This document shows positions 13,701-25,700 of a DNA stretch of 64,000 bases, in pieces. Origin of the DNA: Lama glama (taxonomy: Eukaryota); NCBI GenBank assembly GCA_028534125.1, contig CM052817.1, forward strand, positions 70,000,001 to 70,064,000. The letters are read 5' to 3'. The translations under genes were made by a program, and so were the position numbers. Within the stretch, counting starts at the first letter, position 1; each line of letters opens with the position of its first letter. The notes under the pieces are model-generated. The model did no database searches. It saw only the letters and a list, made by a program, of their open reading frames with translations, and had not been told where the DNA came from.

Positions 13701-16700
13701 GGCACCATCTGGGATCTTCCGCAGCCTGTAATTCGCACTTTGTGTGTTTGCACACAACTTGCCCCACGTCCTCAATGGGCAGTTTTCAAGTACGTCCCCT
13801 ACTTCCCTTCTCTCTGTCGTCAGAACCCCCCAGAACTGGCTGCACCGTGGGGGACCCGCCGGCCAGAGGTGACGGCACAGAGGCAATGGCTGCAGGAGGA
13901 GTGGACCTGAGCCCACACCACGCACACCTGCGTGCGTGTACACACACGCACACACACACGCACGCATGCTCTAGGTCAGCGTGGCTCCCACTCCAGCTCT
14001 CCCAGCCCTGGGGCGTGTTGCTGCCCATTTCTCTTCTTTCCCATTAAAAGCTGAGTGATTCTTTCTCATGTCTACCCTCCGTGTTGATTTTAATTTTGTT
14101 CTTGTTTTCAAAAATGATAAAACCAAAAGAAAAGAAAGGTGTAGTTGGATTGGGGGAAGGAAGGAGCAGGAAGGGAGACAGGCTGATGAGAAAGAAAGGC
14201 TGCCCTGGCGGAGGCTCCGTCTGTGTCCTCCTCAGCCTGGACGCGGCCCGTAGGGCGCGGCCTCAAGGAGACAACACCTGCTGCTCTTGTCTGTTAAGAG
14301 AACCAGAACCTGGTCTTGAGAAGAGCAGACAGCGCCCTGGGCTGCACCCACACCCCCAAAAACTCCGGACGCGGTGGGGGTGCAGCCCATTTCCTTCAGA
14401 AAGCTCCGTGGAAGCCAGGGCCTCTGTGTCGGGTAGGGTAAATGATTTCATTTCTAATTGCTTTAGAAGTGCAGACTGTAAAGTTAAGAGCCTAAAGCAA
14501 ATCAGGTAATGTGCTTTTCTTAAAAAAAAAAAAAAAAAAAGTTGAGGGAGGTGAGGTAGCAAGGAAAAAAACTCTGAAAAAGTAACCTGAGTTACCTGAG
14601 ACACAGTTCTTTGTATCAGCAGAGTAATCACAGTCAAGTCGTACCTTAGAAGCCACTCCTGGGGAGCAGTGGACGTTTAGGCAGGAAAAGTCACACTGCT
14701 TCTGTCAACTGACAGCTTTTCTAAATCTGAGTCCTGGACCTGGTGCTAGGGACCATCGCAGGGAGAAGAAGCCAAAGTGGGCACAGTAGAAAATATCAGC
14801 CTACACTTTCTTCTGTTTTTTGAGAAAAGACTGACTATTAACATTTAGACAGTTCTGGTGCTAATGTGATTGGCAAGCAGCAAAGCATTACCAAGAAGGA
14901 ACAAAAAAGGAGACTAAAGGGAAAAAGATGTGACCTACTTTGTAAATTTATTCATTTGCTAATCTGTCATATTATTGCAAAATATATTTTATATTTATAT
15001 ATAAGTATATTTTTATAATATAAAAATTGAGTAATTTAAAGTAAAATTTCATATGATTATGACAGCTTTATAACTTGCTGAGAAAACTGGGAATTGTAAA
15101 GAAAACTATCTCCAAAAACACATATGGAGGTTGGGTTTTTTACCCAAACAACCAGTTAAACAAGCAGGAATTTTTCAGTTATAGCAGGAAACAGGTTGAC
15201 AAGACCTAGCTAACAAAACTAAGCAAAATTCAAGAGGAAAAAAACAGGCCACAGATTAAACTGTTCACTTGCATTTTCAGTTGCTTTTAGTTCCCTGGCA
15301 TTTTGAATGCACTAACTCTACTCACAATAAAACATCATTTACCAGAGTAAAAGAATAGGTAACATGACGGCATTAAAGTTTTGCATTGAAAACAAAAATA
15401 AAGTCTGATACAAACTAGATGGTCCTTCTTTACAGGAATTTCTGAAACACAATTGACTGAAAATGCTTTTCTATCCTTTCTACTTACTGACAGAAGCAAA
15501 ATACCCATTTAATTTGAAGACACTTACACAGATCCAAGATGTAAAAATTCTAACAATAAATTTCCAATAAATGGACTTTCTCTAATAGCCTGGAAGGTCT
15601 GTCAAGAAAAAGCTTAAAGTACTATTTATACTGTTATTTATAATACAGAGAAGAAAACTTTGATTCACATGCATATGAATGAACATTTCTACGCCAGAGA
15701 TATAGCAAAGGTGAATAAAAATCAAAAGATAAAATGTTCCAGGATGAATTTCAGTTCCACTATTAAGAAGTCTAATTATCCCAGCGTAAAACTTCATGAT
15801 TTTAGAGCCAGGAACCTTAAAGAACTAGCAAGGACAGCCCTGCCAGAGGGGAGCTATGAAAGGACAGAAAACCTGGTCTTAATCGAAGACCTCAGAGGCC
15901 TATAAGTAGAAACAGGTGTCCACACCAAAGACAGAGAGAGACCCCAGATGCGAACCATCCTTGAGGACACATGCTCTGATCTGGGGATTGTTAAGGGAGC
16001 CGAGAAAGTAGCAACTGTTGGATACATGCATTAAAAATAGGAAGCATACATCTATATCATATCCTTACTTTTCCTGAGCAGGAAAATAAATCCCACTGGA
16101 GGACCAGGGACCTTTAATTCAAAAAAAAAAAAAAAAAAAAAGCTAGGAGTTTTACACAAGCTGAAATAAGAACCCTTCTTTTCCTCTGACTTCTTTCAAA
16201 GGGTCAGGGGCAATGGTCATCAGCCTTTAAGCTTTTAAGGCAGAGTTCTTCAGAGATGATGGGAATCACTCATCTGCTATGATCTCGCTTGGGAAATCAT
16301 TGTAATTATTGTTATTAAGTGTTTAAGAATCCACAGGGAGATAGAGTATTGTGCACAGGGCACCAAAAGAGCTATAATCTGCCACCGCACCCTACCCCTG
16401 AAACCCTGGTGTCCTGCAGATTGGAAATAGCTGCATTTTTATGCTATCCAACAGGAATCGATAATACAAGAACGCCTCCTTTCCTCCATCTATTCACATG
16501 GCCTGGAAAGCTCCTGAATGTTTTCTGTTATAAATGCTGAAGTGTATTAGGTTTGTAACAAACATGATAAAAATTATCATCAACAGCCAAAACATGATCT
16601 CTAAGTCTCACAAAGGTTGTTAAGCCCCTCCTCCTGAATATTCATTTGCAAATCATGAATTTAAGAGGTTGCAAAAAACAGATACACAAGGTACTATATT

Positions 16701-19700
16701 AAGAGCCTACCACACATACATGAAGAGCACTGACAAGGGAAGATGAGGCATTTCTGAAATTATAATGCAGTTACAAGAAAAATGTTACTTGAATTAGAAA
16801 AATTCAGTTTTTATCTTCCACCCTTCAGCTACCTAACTAAATAAACCCATCTCAACCCTCAGTACGTACCAGGGAGGACTGACCAGCCTTTGGGCTGGTG
16901 GCCGGATAAAGAAATCTAAGAGGGTCTGTCCTAACTGCAGTCCCGTGCCTGGTCCTGGACAGGCGCTCAGAACAAGCTCTCAGCGTTGGTGAAAGAAGCA
17001 ATAAAAGAAAAAGAGAGGGGCAACCCAGAAAGTTGGCACATGTACACTTTAAGAATCAGAGGGCCCATACAAATTCTTCTCTGGCCCATACAAATTCTTC
17101 CATTTACAGCTTCAGTGTAGAACGATCTGCTTACAGGGGCAGCCACCTCTGCTTGCCGGGGTCTCCAGAAGCGTGGCTGGCCCCGCAAGGCCTTTCTGTA
17201 GCCCCCTGAGTGGGCTAAGTGCTCTCCTGCTTCGGCGTCTGCACACGCATGCTGCTGCGTGTGGGGGAGTCCACCCACCCTGGCCCACTCACCGCTTCCT
17301 CCCCACTCACCTCTCAGCTCTCAGCTCAAGTGCTATTGTCTCAGAGGGGCCCTTCTCAGCCCCCTGTGTTCTCAGATTCTTGCTCTTCACATTCACGGTA
17401 TTTATCACAATTTAATTATATATTTAATTGGGTAATTATTTGTCTAATAGCTGTATCCTGTCACAAAACTTCAAGCTCCATGAAGGCAAGGACTACATCT
17501 ATTTTACTCAGAAAAATTATCTAATGCCTACTACAGAGCCTGGCACATAAATGACACTCAGTAAATATTTGTGTAAAGAATGATAACAGGGAAAATAGTT
17601 ATCATTTCCAGGAAGTTTCCTATGTGCCAGGTACAATCTAAGTTGTTTACAATGCATATATCAGGGGGAGGTATAGCTCAGTGGTAGAGTGAGTGCTTAC
17701 TTAGCATGCAGGAGGTCCTGGGTTCCATCCCCAGTACCTCTGTTATAAAGTAACCCTAATTACCTCCCCCCGCCCACCAAAAAAATAAATTTACAATGCA
17801 TTAAATCATTTACTTCTGAAGGTTATCATGTTACTTCCTTGTTACTTCCCCAAGTAGCTGGTGACTATACAAATGCATTCTATGACCACCTGATAGGTGA
17901 GTGCCTTGGGGTAGATTTTAATGAAGCAGTTCCACCGTTACCATGATTATTTACACAGCATCCCACTACTTACCCTTCTGCCTAGAATCTGGTTGATAGC
18001 TGCACTTTCCTTTAGAGTACACTCCGCTACGACATTCGCTCTCATTTCTTTCATGTATAACATAAAAGCATTCAGAGGCTTCTTAATGTGAGGTCTTTTT
18101 GGCTCCTGCTCCTTCCTCTGTTCATGCTGAGGCTTCCTACAAGGTAGGGGTGGGGGGGTGGGGAAGGGGTAGAGGAACAGGGAAGAGATGGGAGCAGATA
18201 AGCAGAGCACCTGTTTACGTCCGAGTCCCACTCAGGCTGGGACCGCCCTGGGCTCTGCAAGCCCCAGAACAGCATCGACTTTGAAGAGTGAGCCACCAAC
18301 TCTGTGTGAATAAGAAAGTTCACCTCTAGCTACTGAAGTGTTTAACACAACATGGACACGGCTTTGTGAAGATGCTCCATCTAGAGCCCTGAGGCCGAGC
18401 TCCCTGGTCACGGCGGGAAAAGCTGAACGCATAGTGCAGGTGGTCCATCTTCCGCCAGAACTGAGGTTCTTCACTTTTTGGGGTTAGTGGCCCCTCCGAG
18501 GGGCTAATGAAACTTTAGACTCTCTCCCCCAAACAAATGCATGCTGGCTTTGCCTGTAATTGTAGGGGTTTTATGACACGTGCTCCCTCCATCCCAACCT
18601 CCCATCCCAGGACAAACCCTAGATTAAGAAACTCAATTACCAATCTCTTCAGAGAATGTAGCCCTGCTGTAACAGCCGTAGACAACCCTGACCCGAAAGG
18701 AAGTCCTGGGTTTGGTTTGCCCCTTTCCCTTGAATTCTGTGCTTTTGAAACCTTGATGGAGGGTCACTGCAGTTCCAGAAAGAAACACATTAAACCCTCC
18801 AAAATCTACTCCACTCCGGGCTCCCCCAACAGTCGGAGCCCAATTAAAACCTGGTAGTAAATGGTTAAAACAGCTCAAGTTGTTCAGTCCCTAAGCTCTG
18901 AAGATCACTCCCCTTTGGTGAGGTTCCCTTGATCTTTTAACGCCTGTGCTGCTTCCCAATCTCAGAACCAAAATCAGAGCAGTGGGAAACAAGCTGCTTA
19001 ACGTCCTCGGGGACAGAGCTTTCAAGGCAGAGCTATACTGCTTTTCATAATCAGGGGAAGATTCAACAACAGGGAATAACTGTGTTGTCTGAATCCTCAG
19101 CACCGCAAGGCATACGTAGGTGAAAACAGAGGCACACTTACACGTGCATTAGGTCGCTGTCAGTGTGGGGGTGTTCCTGTTTGACCTGAGGCGTTACAAT
19201 AGCTGGATGAGGGATGCCAGTTGTGTGGGGACCAGGAGGACCAGGAATCATATGATGAGAAAACCTAAAAGCAGGAAAGACAAGAAAACAAAATGTACTG
19301 CTGTAGCAAAAGCTGAATGGAATTCTGAAACAACCCACTAACTGTTACTGGCTGAGAATGAAAACACATCTTCCTACACAGGAGTATTAACTATAAGTGA
19401 GAGCAGGCTGATGATTAATTTCTTTCCTTTCTGTATTCATGCGGAAAATATGTATAATTATTCACCATGTAACAGAATTTTTTTTTTCAAGCTAATAGTG
19501 GAATCTGGCATTTTTCCTGGGAGGGCTCGAGGCCATAGGATTAAAAAAAAAAAGTCACTTTTCTTGCAAAGCAGTTTTCAGAGAAGAATTTCAGTAAGAG
19601 CAATTACTGGAAATATAACACTTTATTAAGATTTAGCTTTTTAAATGATTTTAAAATCTAAAGATACTACACTTAGAAATCTCTGTCTACATTCTTAAGC

Positions 19701-22700
19701 AAACCATCACATTTCTCATCCTGTTGGCATCTTTCCTAATACCAGGAGAGAATGATTGAGAAAATATGGGGCAGAAGGTTTGTTCAGTCCCCAGTTTAGT
19801 AAGGTTGCTTGCCATCAACATCATCCCAAATAATTTTCTACACAGAAAGAAAGAAATGTTTGAGAGATCTAGCTGAATGGAAAATTGATAACAAAATTAA
19901 GGGAAATGATTTAATTAAAGGGAAAGATAAAGTTTTGCATCAAGGTAAAAATAACACATGTTAAAATAAAGGCTTTTTCCCAGAGTATGCTTGCAGAGCA
20001 TTAAAAAAAGTCTTAAAATATCCACCACCACCCAACACAAAGGAGGGAAACTGCCGTGCAAGAAAAATAAAATAAAGACAGTACTTTCAACAAACTCTTT
20101 GGATAAATTTAGATATGCTTTAGAACTTTTTGCTTTTCAAACTGTTTTAAAGTAAACATTTAATTCAACAAAAACAACATTCTCAGGTCTTTCATCACAG
20201 CCTGTACAATTAATTCCTTCATCTAGGAAGGAAAGAAGGGACTCTGATTAGATTTGTAATACCTCAGAAAGAAATTTTTAAAAATTAAGGAGGCATGGGA
20301 AAAATACAAATATTTGATTAAATAATGATGCTTTGCTAAATGTACCATTTGCAAAAATACAGGATGCTTGTTATTTGCCTGTGGGAAAATCCTGTCATCA
20401 CATAGTTCTTACAATGTTAAAAAGTATAAAAATATATTTTGAGGGGAAGGATATTAATTTCATACCCTCCCAACCAGCTAGATTTATAATTAACTGAAAG
20501 AAAATAATGTTTTTTTAACAAGCTGAAATTCACCACAGAAAACTGCGAATTTCATACCTGTGTTAGAAAATAGATTCGCAACCAGTTACTAACCCAACAG
20601 TTTGATTTCCAGCGTGATAATGCTAGCTCCCTTGAAAAAGCCACATGGAACACACAGATGATACACCGCAAGTGTGTGTGCACATCAAGCACAGGGCACA
20701 GAAGCCATCCTTTCCAGAGGCAAAAGCATTACACAGAGCAGTGTGGCACAGCAGACCTCACAGAGCTTCGCTTGCACCAGTATGTCCACACAGGGCCTGA
20801 TTCACACACTAGGACACACACCCGTACGGCCTGACAGCCCAGAAGCACCATTGCTTCTTTCCTGACAGCCTTGGTCTAGGAAGGCTCTAGACTAGCTGGG
20901 CATTTTCAAACACTGTCACATGAAACTGATGCAACTTTCCTTGTAGAAAGCAAATTATAGAACTCAGACCAAACCAGCCTTTACCCTCCCCCTGACCCCA
21001 CCCCCAACATGTTTTGAATCGAACAAGCTCTTCTAATATCGTCCCCTTTGGGGACATTTCCCATCCCACAGTTGGGTAGCAGTGAAACCTTTTTGAGGCA
21101 CGGTTCCCAGGGTGACCGAGTTCATCTCCCTGACGGGCGTGGCTGGTGCTGTGCTGTCGTTGGCTCCTACCCAGGAATCTCTAGGACGCCTAGTGTGGGA
21201 GCCAGGCACACTGCAGACAGATGCGGCTGAGCTGCGCACCCGCCTGGCCCCCTGAACGAGAGGCAAGCAGAGGCGCACGAGAGGCAAGCGCGTTAGAGCA
21301 TCCTGTCCTGGAGCGCCCGGTTTCCACCTCCACCTACCTGGACATGGAAGTGTCCACTGACAGTGAGGATGGGTAGGGTTGCCTGAATCCTCCCGTGATG
21401 GGATATACAGGCTGACCTTGCCTGAGGTCACAGAAGAAAGGAACCCATCAATGACAAAACACGAGTTACCAACCAGCAATAAGAGTGTGATGAGGGGAGG
21501 ACAGGGAGGAATTCAAACAGAACTTTGGGGAGTGTTACCACTGTAGGGTGAGTGCTTCAGTCACCCAGCTGCTTCCCCTCCTTATCCTCCACCCAATCCA
21601 ACCATCATCATGGTCCTCCACAGCAGTCGGTGAATTCCCTGTCTTCTACCCCTTCCCCTCTCCCAGCCCTGCGAATGCTTTCAACAAAATAGGCATGTAA
21701 ACAGGGTTTACTGAATATAAAAGAACCTGAGAATGGTGAAATATTCCTTTCAGGCTAGTGGATTCCTTATCAGAATCTTTGAGAATTTCAGAGAAGGGAA
21801 GAAAGAAGGAAATAAAAGTTCATATAAAAATGAATAAATATTTTTAAAGCACTGTGCTTCCCCCCTCCCCCCATATACCCATGCTACAGTCAAGAAATGA
21901 AAGCTCAATTAGTTGGAATTATTTTCTCTCCGCTCTGAGAATTCCATCTCTCTTGTTTTTTCCTACATCTCACCCTTTTCATTACAGTCTTTATTTCCAG
22001 ATGCCACTGATGCAACTCAGCCCTAGATTATTGCCCCTAAGTAACTAAGTTCAGACAGAATAATTGATGTAGGTTTGAAAGTGTTGGCATAATCAATTAA
22101 ATGCAAACAGAGTTATTGACTGAGAGATGTAATGCTAAAGAGGAGAGAGAAAGCTGGATGTCCACGGCAGGATGAGCCCTTCCACTCTGTGCTGAAGAAG
22201 AGATAATGTACGGATGTCAAGGTGGGGAGACTGGGCCTTGACATGGGGGCTGAAGGGACAGAGAGCCGGATAAAGAAAGGAGAGAAGACATCTGCTAAAG
22301 TTGAAGCACTGTTTCCTTGGAGTGAGCAGTGGGGAGAGGAGAAGGGATGGAGTGGGAGCAGGGAAAGTTGTGTGTGAACAATGAAATGATAAAATTAGGC
22401 TACACTATATCAAACTATTGTTTCTTCACCAAACACATTTTTCCTTTACCTTTATAATAAAAAAAAATTGAAAGCAGTGGTATAGATTTTTTTAGAAATA
22501 ACAAAATAGAGATCTTTTGGATTCTGGAAAAAAAAAAAAGTCCACTCCTCTGAACTCAAACTGGTGCTTACTTTATTAACATTCAAAAGATACTTTTGTA
22601 TTTTAAACTTCTCTCTAGTTGTCATTTATCTCACTTACTCATTTATAAGCAAAGATCACTATTCAATATATCTAAGGTTATGTTTCAAAAATATAAATTG

Positions 22701-25700
22701 TTCATAAAGAACCAGAATAGAAAAACTACACTGAGCACTTTGTACCGGCCCAGCAAATGCCCAAAGCCAGAAATTGAATCCATAAAACTATAAGCTTCAA
22801 AGCAAATGCTACACAGTCATTTTCTACACATATTAGCAAACGGATTCAATCCATTTCAAAGTCTGTATGGTTTTTAATCTTCTAAATTGAAATGAAATAA
22901 AGTTAGCACCTTGCTTGTGGAAGTTTCTCCAACTCTACAAATGTTATCATTCAGAAAGCTAATTTCCCATGAATGGGAAGTAGAAAAACATGTGTTCGAA
23001 TTTGTGGCTGAAGGTTGCAAGGAGGATCTTACCAGCCAAGAGGTGGGGTGATCTGTCCAACACCACCCGGAGACAAGGGATAAAAAGTAGGGATCTCAGG
23101 AGCTGGAGGATGTCTGGACATGCCTATTAAAAAGAGTAACGAAGAGGTAGAGTTTTCAGATCAATAGGATTTTTGACTTTAAGAGAAAGGCAAGAAAATG
23201 CTTTATGTCATTAATACTTAAGGTCTAGAATGAAACAGTATTTTTCAGATCCATTTAACAGAAGTCACTTTGTTAGCTTTTCTCAAGATTTCAGCATCTG
23301 AGAAAACAGGTCTTAAGGTAGTATATGTATCTTGAAGACCTCTTTAAAGAGTAAGTATGCTGCTAGCAAAACAAGCATCAAAATAAGACTTTAAAATTAT
23401 TTAGTTTGCTCTCATTATTTCACTTTGGTTAGGAAAATAGTAGACAATTGCTTTTGTGTAGAATGGAAATGACAGCCCTTCATAAGCAGAAGGCCTGCCA
23501 TGGTGTTCAAGGATTAGGTAAATTGCTACTTTCAGATTTTCATTGGCTCCCTTATGGACACATAGATTTGGGAAATGTGATACCTCAGAGGATCAAAGAT
23601 TAATTAGGAATCATCTTCAGCCCCGTAATGGTCACACTTGATATGATTCATTTGGTCTCTGCCACTGCAGCTCCAGCTAAGCTCTTCATCAAGTTGAGTC
23701 CTCTGGGCTCCAAGGTCAATCTGTTCTGGATTAGTTGTATTCCACGGAAAATGAGAGCGCCACCAAACTGTTTCCTGTGCTCACACTCCCTGGAGCACAC
23801 TGCCCTATAACTGTAAAAACCACCTAAAGATTATACCTAATCCTAGTCCCAAATGACATCTCTTTGTTTATATCTTACCTTGGGTACAGAAGAGAAGGGG
23901 TAAGACATACACATAAAAATGCAAAAAATAAAAACTTAGATTTATATTTGGGGGAAAGTGATTCTGAATAGAAAAAAGCCATGTGGGTTTCTTTACACAG
24001 ATAATCTGGCTTTAAAGACCATTACCAAGTATGAACATATTCCCAGTTTAACGCTCAGAATATGCATTTAGTGGCTGTAATTATATTGGCCAGTATGCAA
24101 AATTAGGTCAGTACATGGAAGATGCTCTTTAAGTATTCTGATTTTTTACTATTTAAAATGCCTATGAATTTCATTTGGATCTTAAAAGATATTGAAGGCC
24201 CTGAGCATATGGGAATGGCTTAAGAAGTATTGCCTTTTAAGTTGATGTTAATTTGACTTTGAAGTTAGGACAAACTATTTCTCAACTCTCACAGAAAGTA
24301 GGAAAGAGAAAGGTCTTTAATCTCTTAACAGAGAGTTTACATGAGATCATCTCAGGTTTTGCTGTTTTTTAAAAGAACAGTCTAAAATCTCCTTTTTTAA
24401 AGCTAGATATACTACTTCTTTGGGCACAGTGGACCCCAAATTTCATACCTAGGATTTGTTCTTGGGTCTGAGGAGGTTCAGGCAGCAGGGTTGCCTAGAG
24501 TGGTGATTCTTAACATACCAGAATCACAGGGAAGTTTCTCCAACTTGTTGCCTCCCTCAGCCTGAGATCTGGATACCTCCCCAAACCTCAGAGTCTGCCA
24601 GGGGGCTACTCCGTTTTGGAAACAAAAACCAGACCAACTCAAAAGAACTTTGGAAACTTTGAGGAAATCTGAACTTGAAAATTATGCTGAGAGGTCAGAA
24701 ACTACCTTCTGAATTGTCTACTTTAATTCCTTTGTCAGAGAGGTGACGTGACTCGGTATGTAGAAAATATGGTTTTTCCTGGGCTCTTACACCGGGAACA
24801 GAGAAGTAAACTGCTTCCAATCACATGTGTCTAAGCAGATGAGCTTAAAACCTTGCTCTCCATCCTCGTCCATGTTCGAGAACACTGCATTAGTGGTTCT
24901 GTGTGAGAGTAATTCAACAGAACAAAAAACACAAACTAGCTGGATTTGGCTTTACTGCTCAAAGGAGAAAGGAGGGAACTACCACTTACTTGGCATCTGC
25001 CACATGCTAGTTCCTATGCTGGGTATTTAATTTGACTGTTTCTATTAAAATTCTAATCATATTTCAAATACCTCTCTCCCATGGAATATTCTCTAACTTT
25101 TATAGCTCTGAGAAATCTTTGTTCTTTGAATCTACAACATTTTATTTTACTTTCAATGTGGTACTTAAGATGTTCTTCATTTTATTTTACAGTTTGCGTG
25201 TGATTTCCTCCATGAGCTTGTACACTCCTTGGAAGAAAGGGACTGTTTTCCCAATATGTGTATCAGACTATGGTTATCTCCCAAGGAGGCTCTGAATACA
25301 CCTCCGAATGACTGAACAGATGAACAAGTAAACAGACCCATTCCCCATGCTGGGTCAACATCATAAACCATTTTAAATGTACGCACAAGGACATGATGTG
25401 GCTTAGGTCACTACATGACCAGAAAGTGGATCTGTGTTTTCTAAATAGCTTACTGTTGTTTTAAGATCCTATTTCCAAAGACTCCTAGAAGCCTATGCCT
25501 CTCTTCCAACTCCAGTGCTACTGAAAACACATTTCCCACCATTCATTTAACGAGTATTTACTGAACACTTACTATGTGCTAGAGGCTTTATGCAGCATAT
25601 CCTTAAAGATTTTTAAACTTTTATAAATATAGCTAAAATGATTCTGGACTCAGACGGTATGGATATAGTATACATACTCACTAGCTATACAGATCCTTGA

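Noticed and set aside
18137..18231. In-frame 5' extension of exon 8 suggested by ORF 17947..18231
   Set aside because: The extension is the C-rich intron tract. The upstream AACAG|GT candidate acceptor at 18210 would add 74 nt and shift the frame.
21033..21479. 148-aa minus-strand ORF spanning exon 6
   Set aside because: It is in a different frame from LEF1, and local GC richness explains the lack of stops.
8370..23123. Species-specific amino-acid changes (PAPEIP in exon 5, ESTS in exon 10)
   Set aside because: From memory these differ from human but match other mammals such as mouse. They are conservative and were not verified by alignment.
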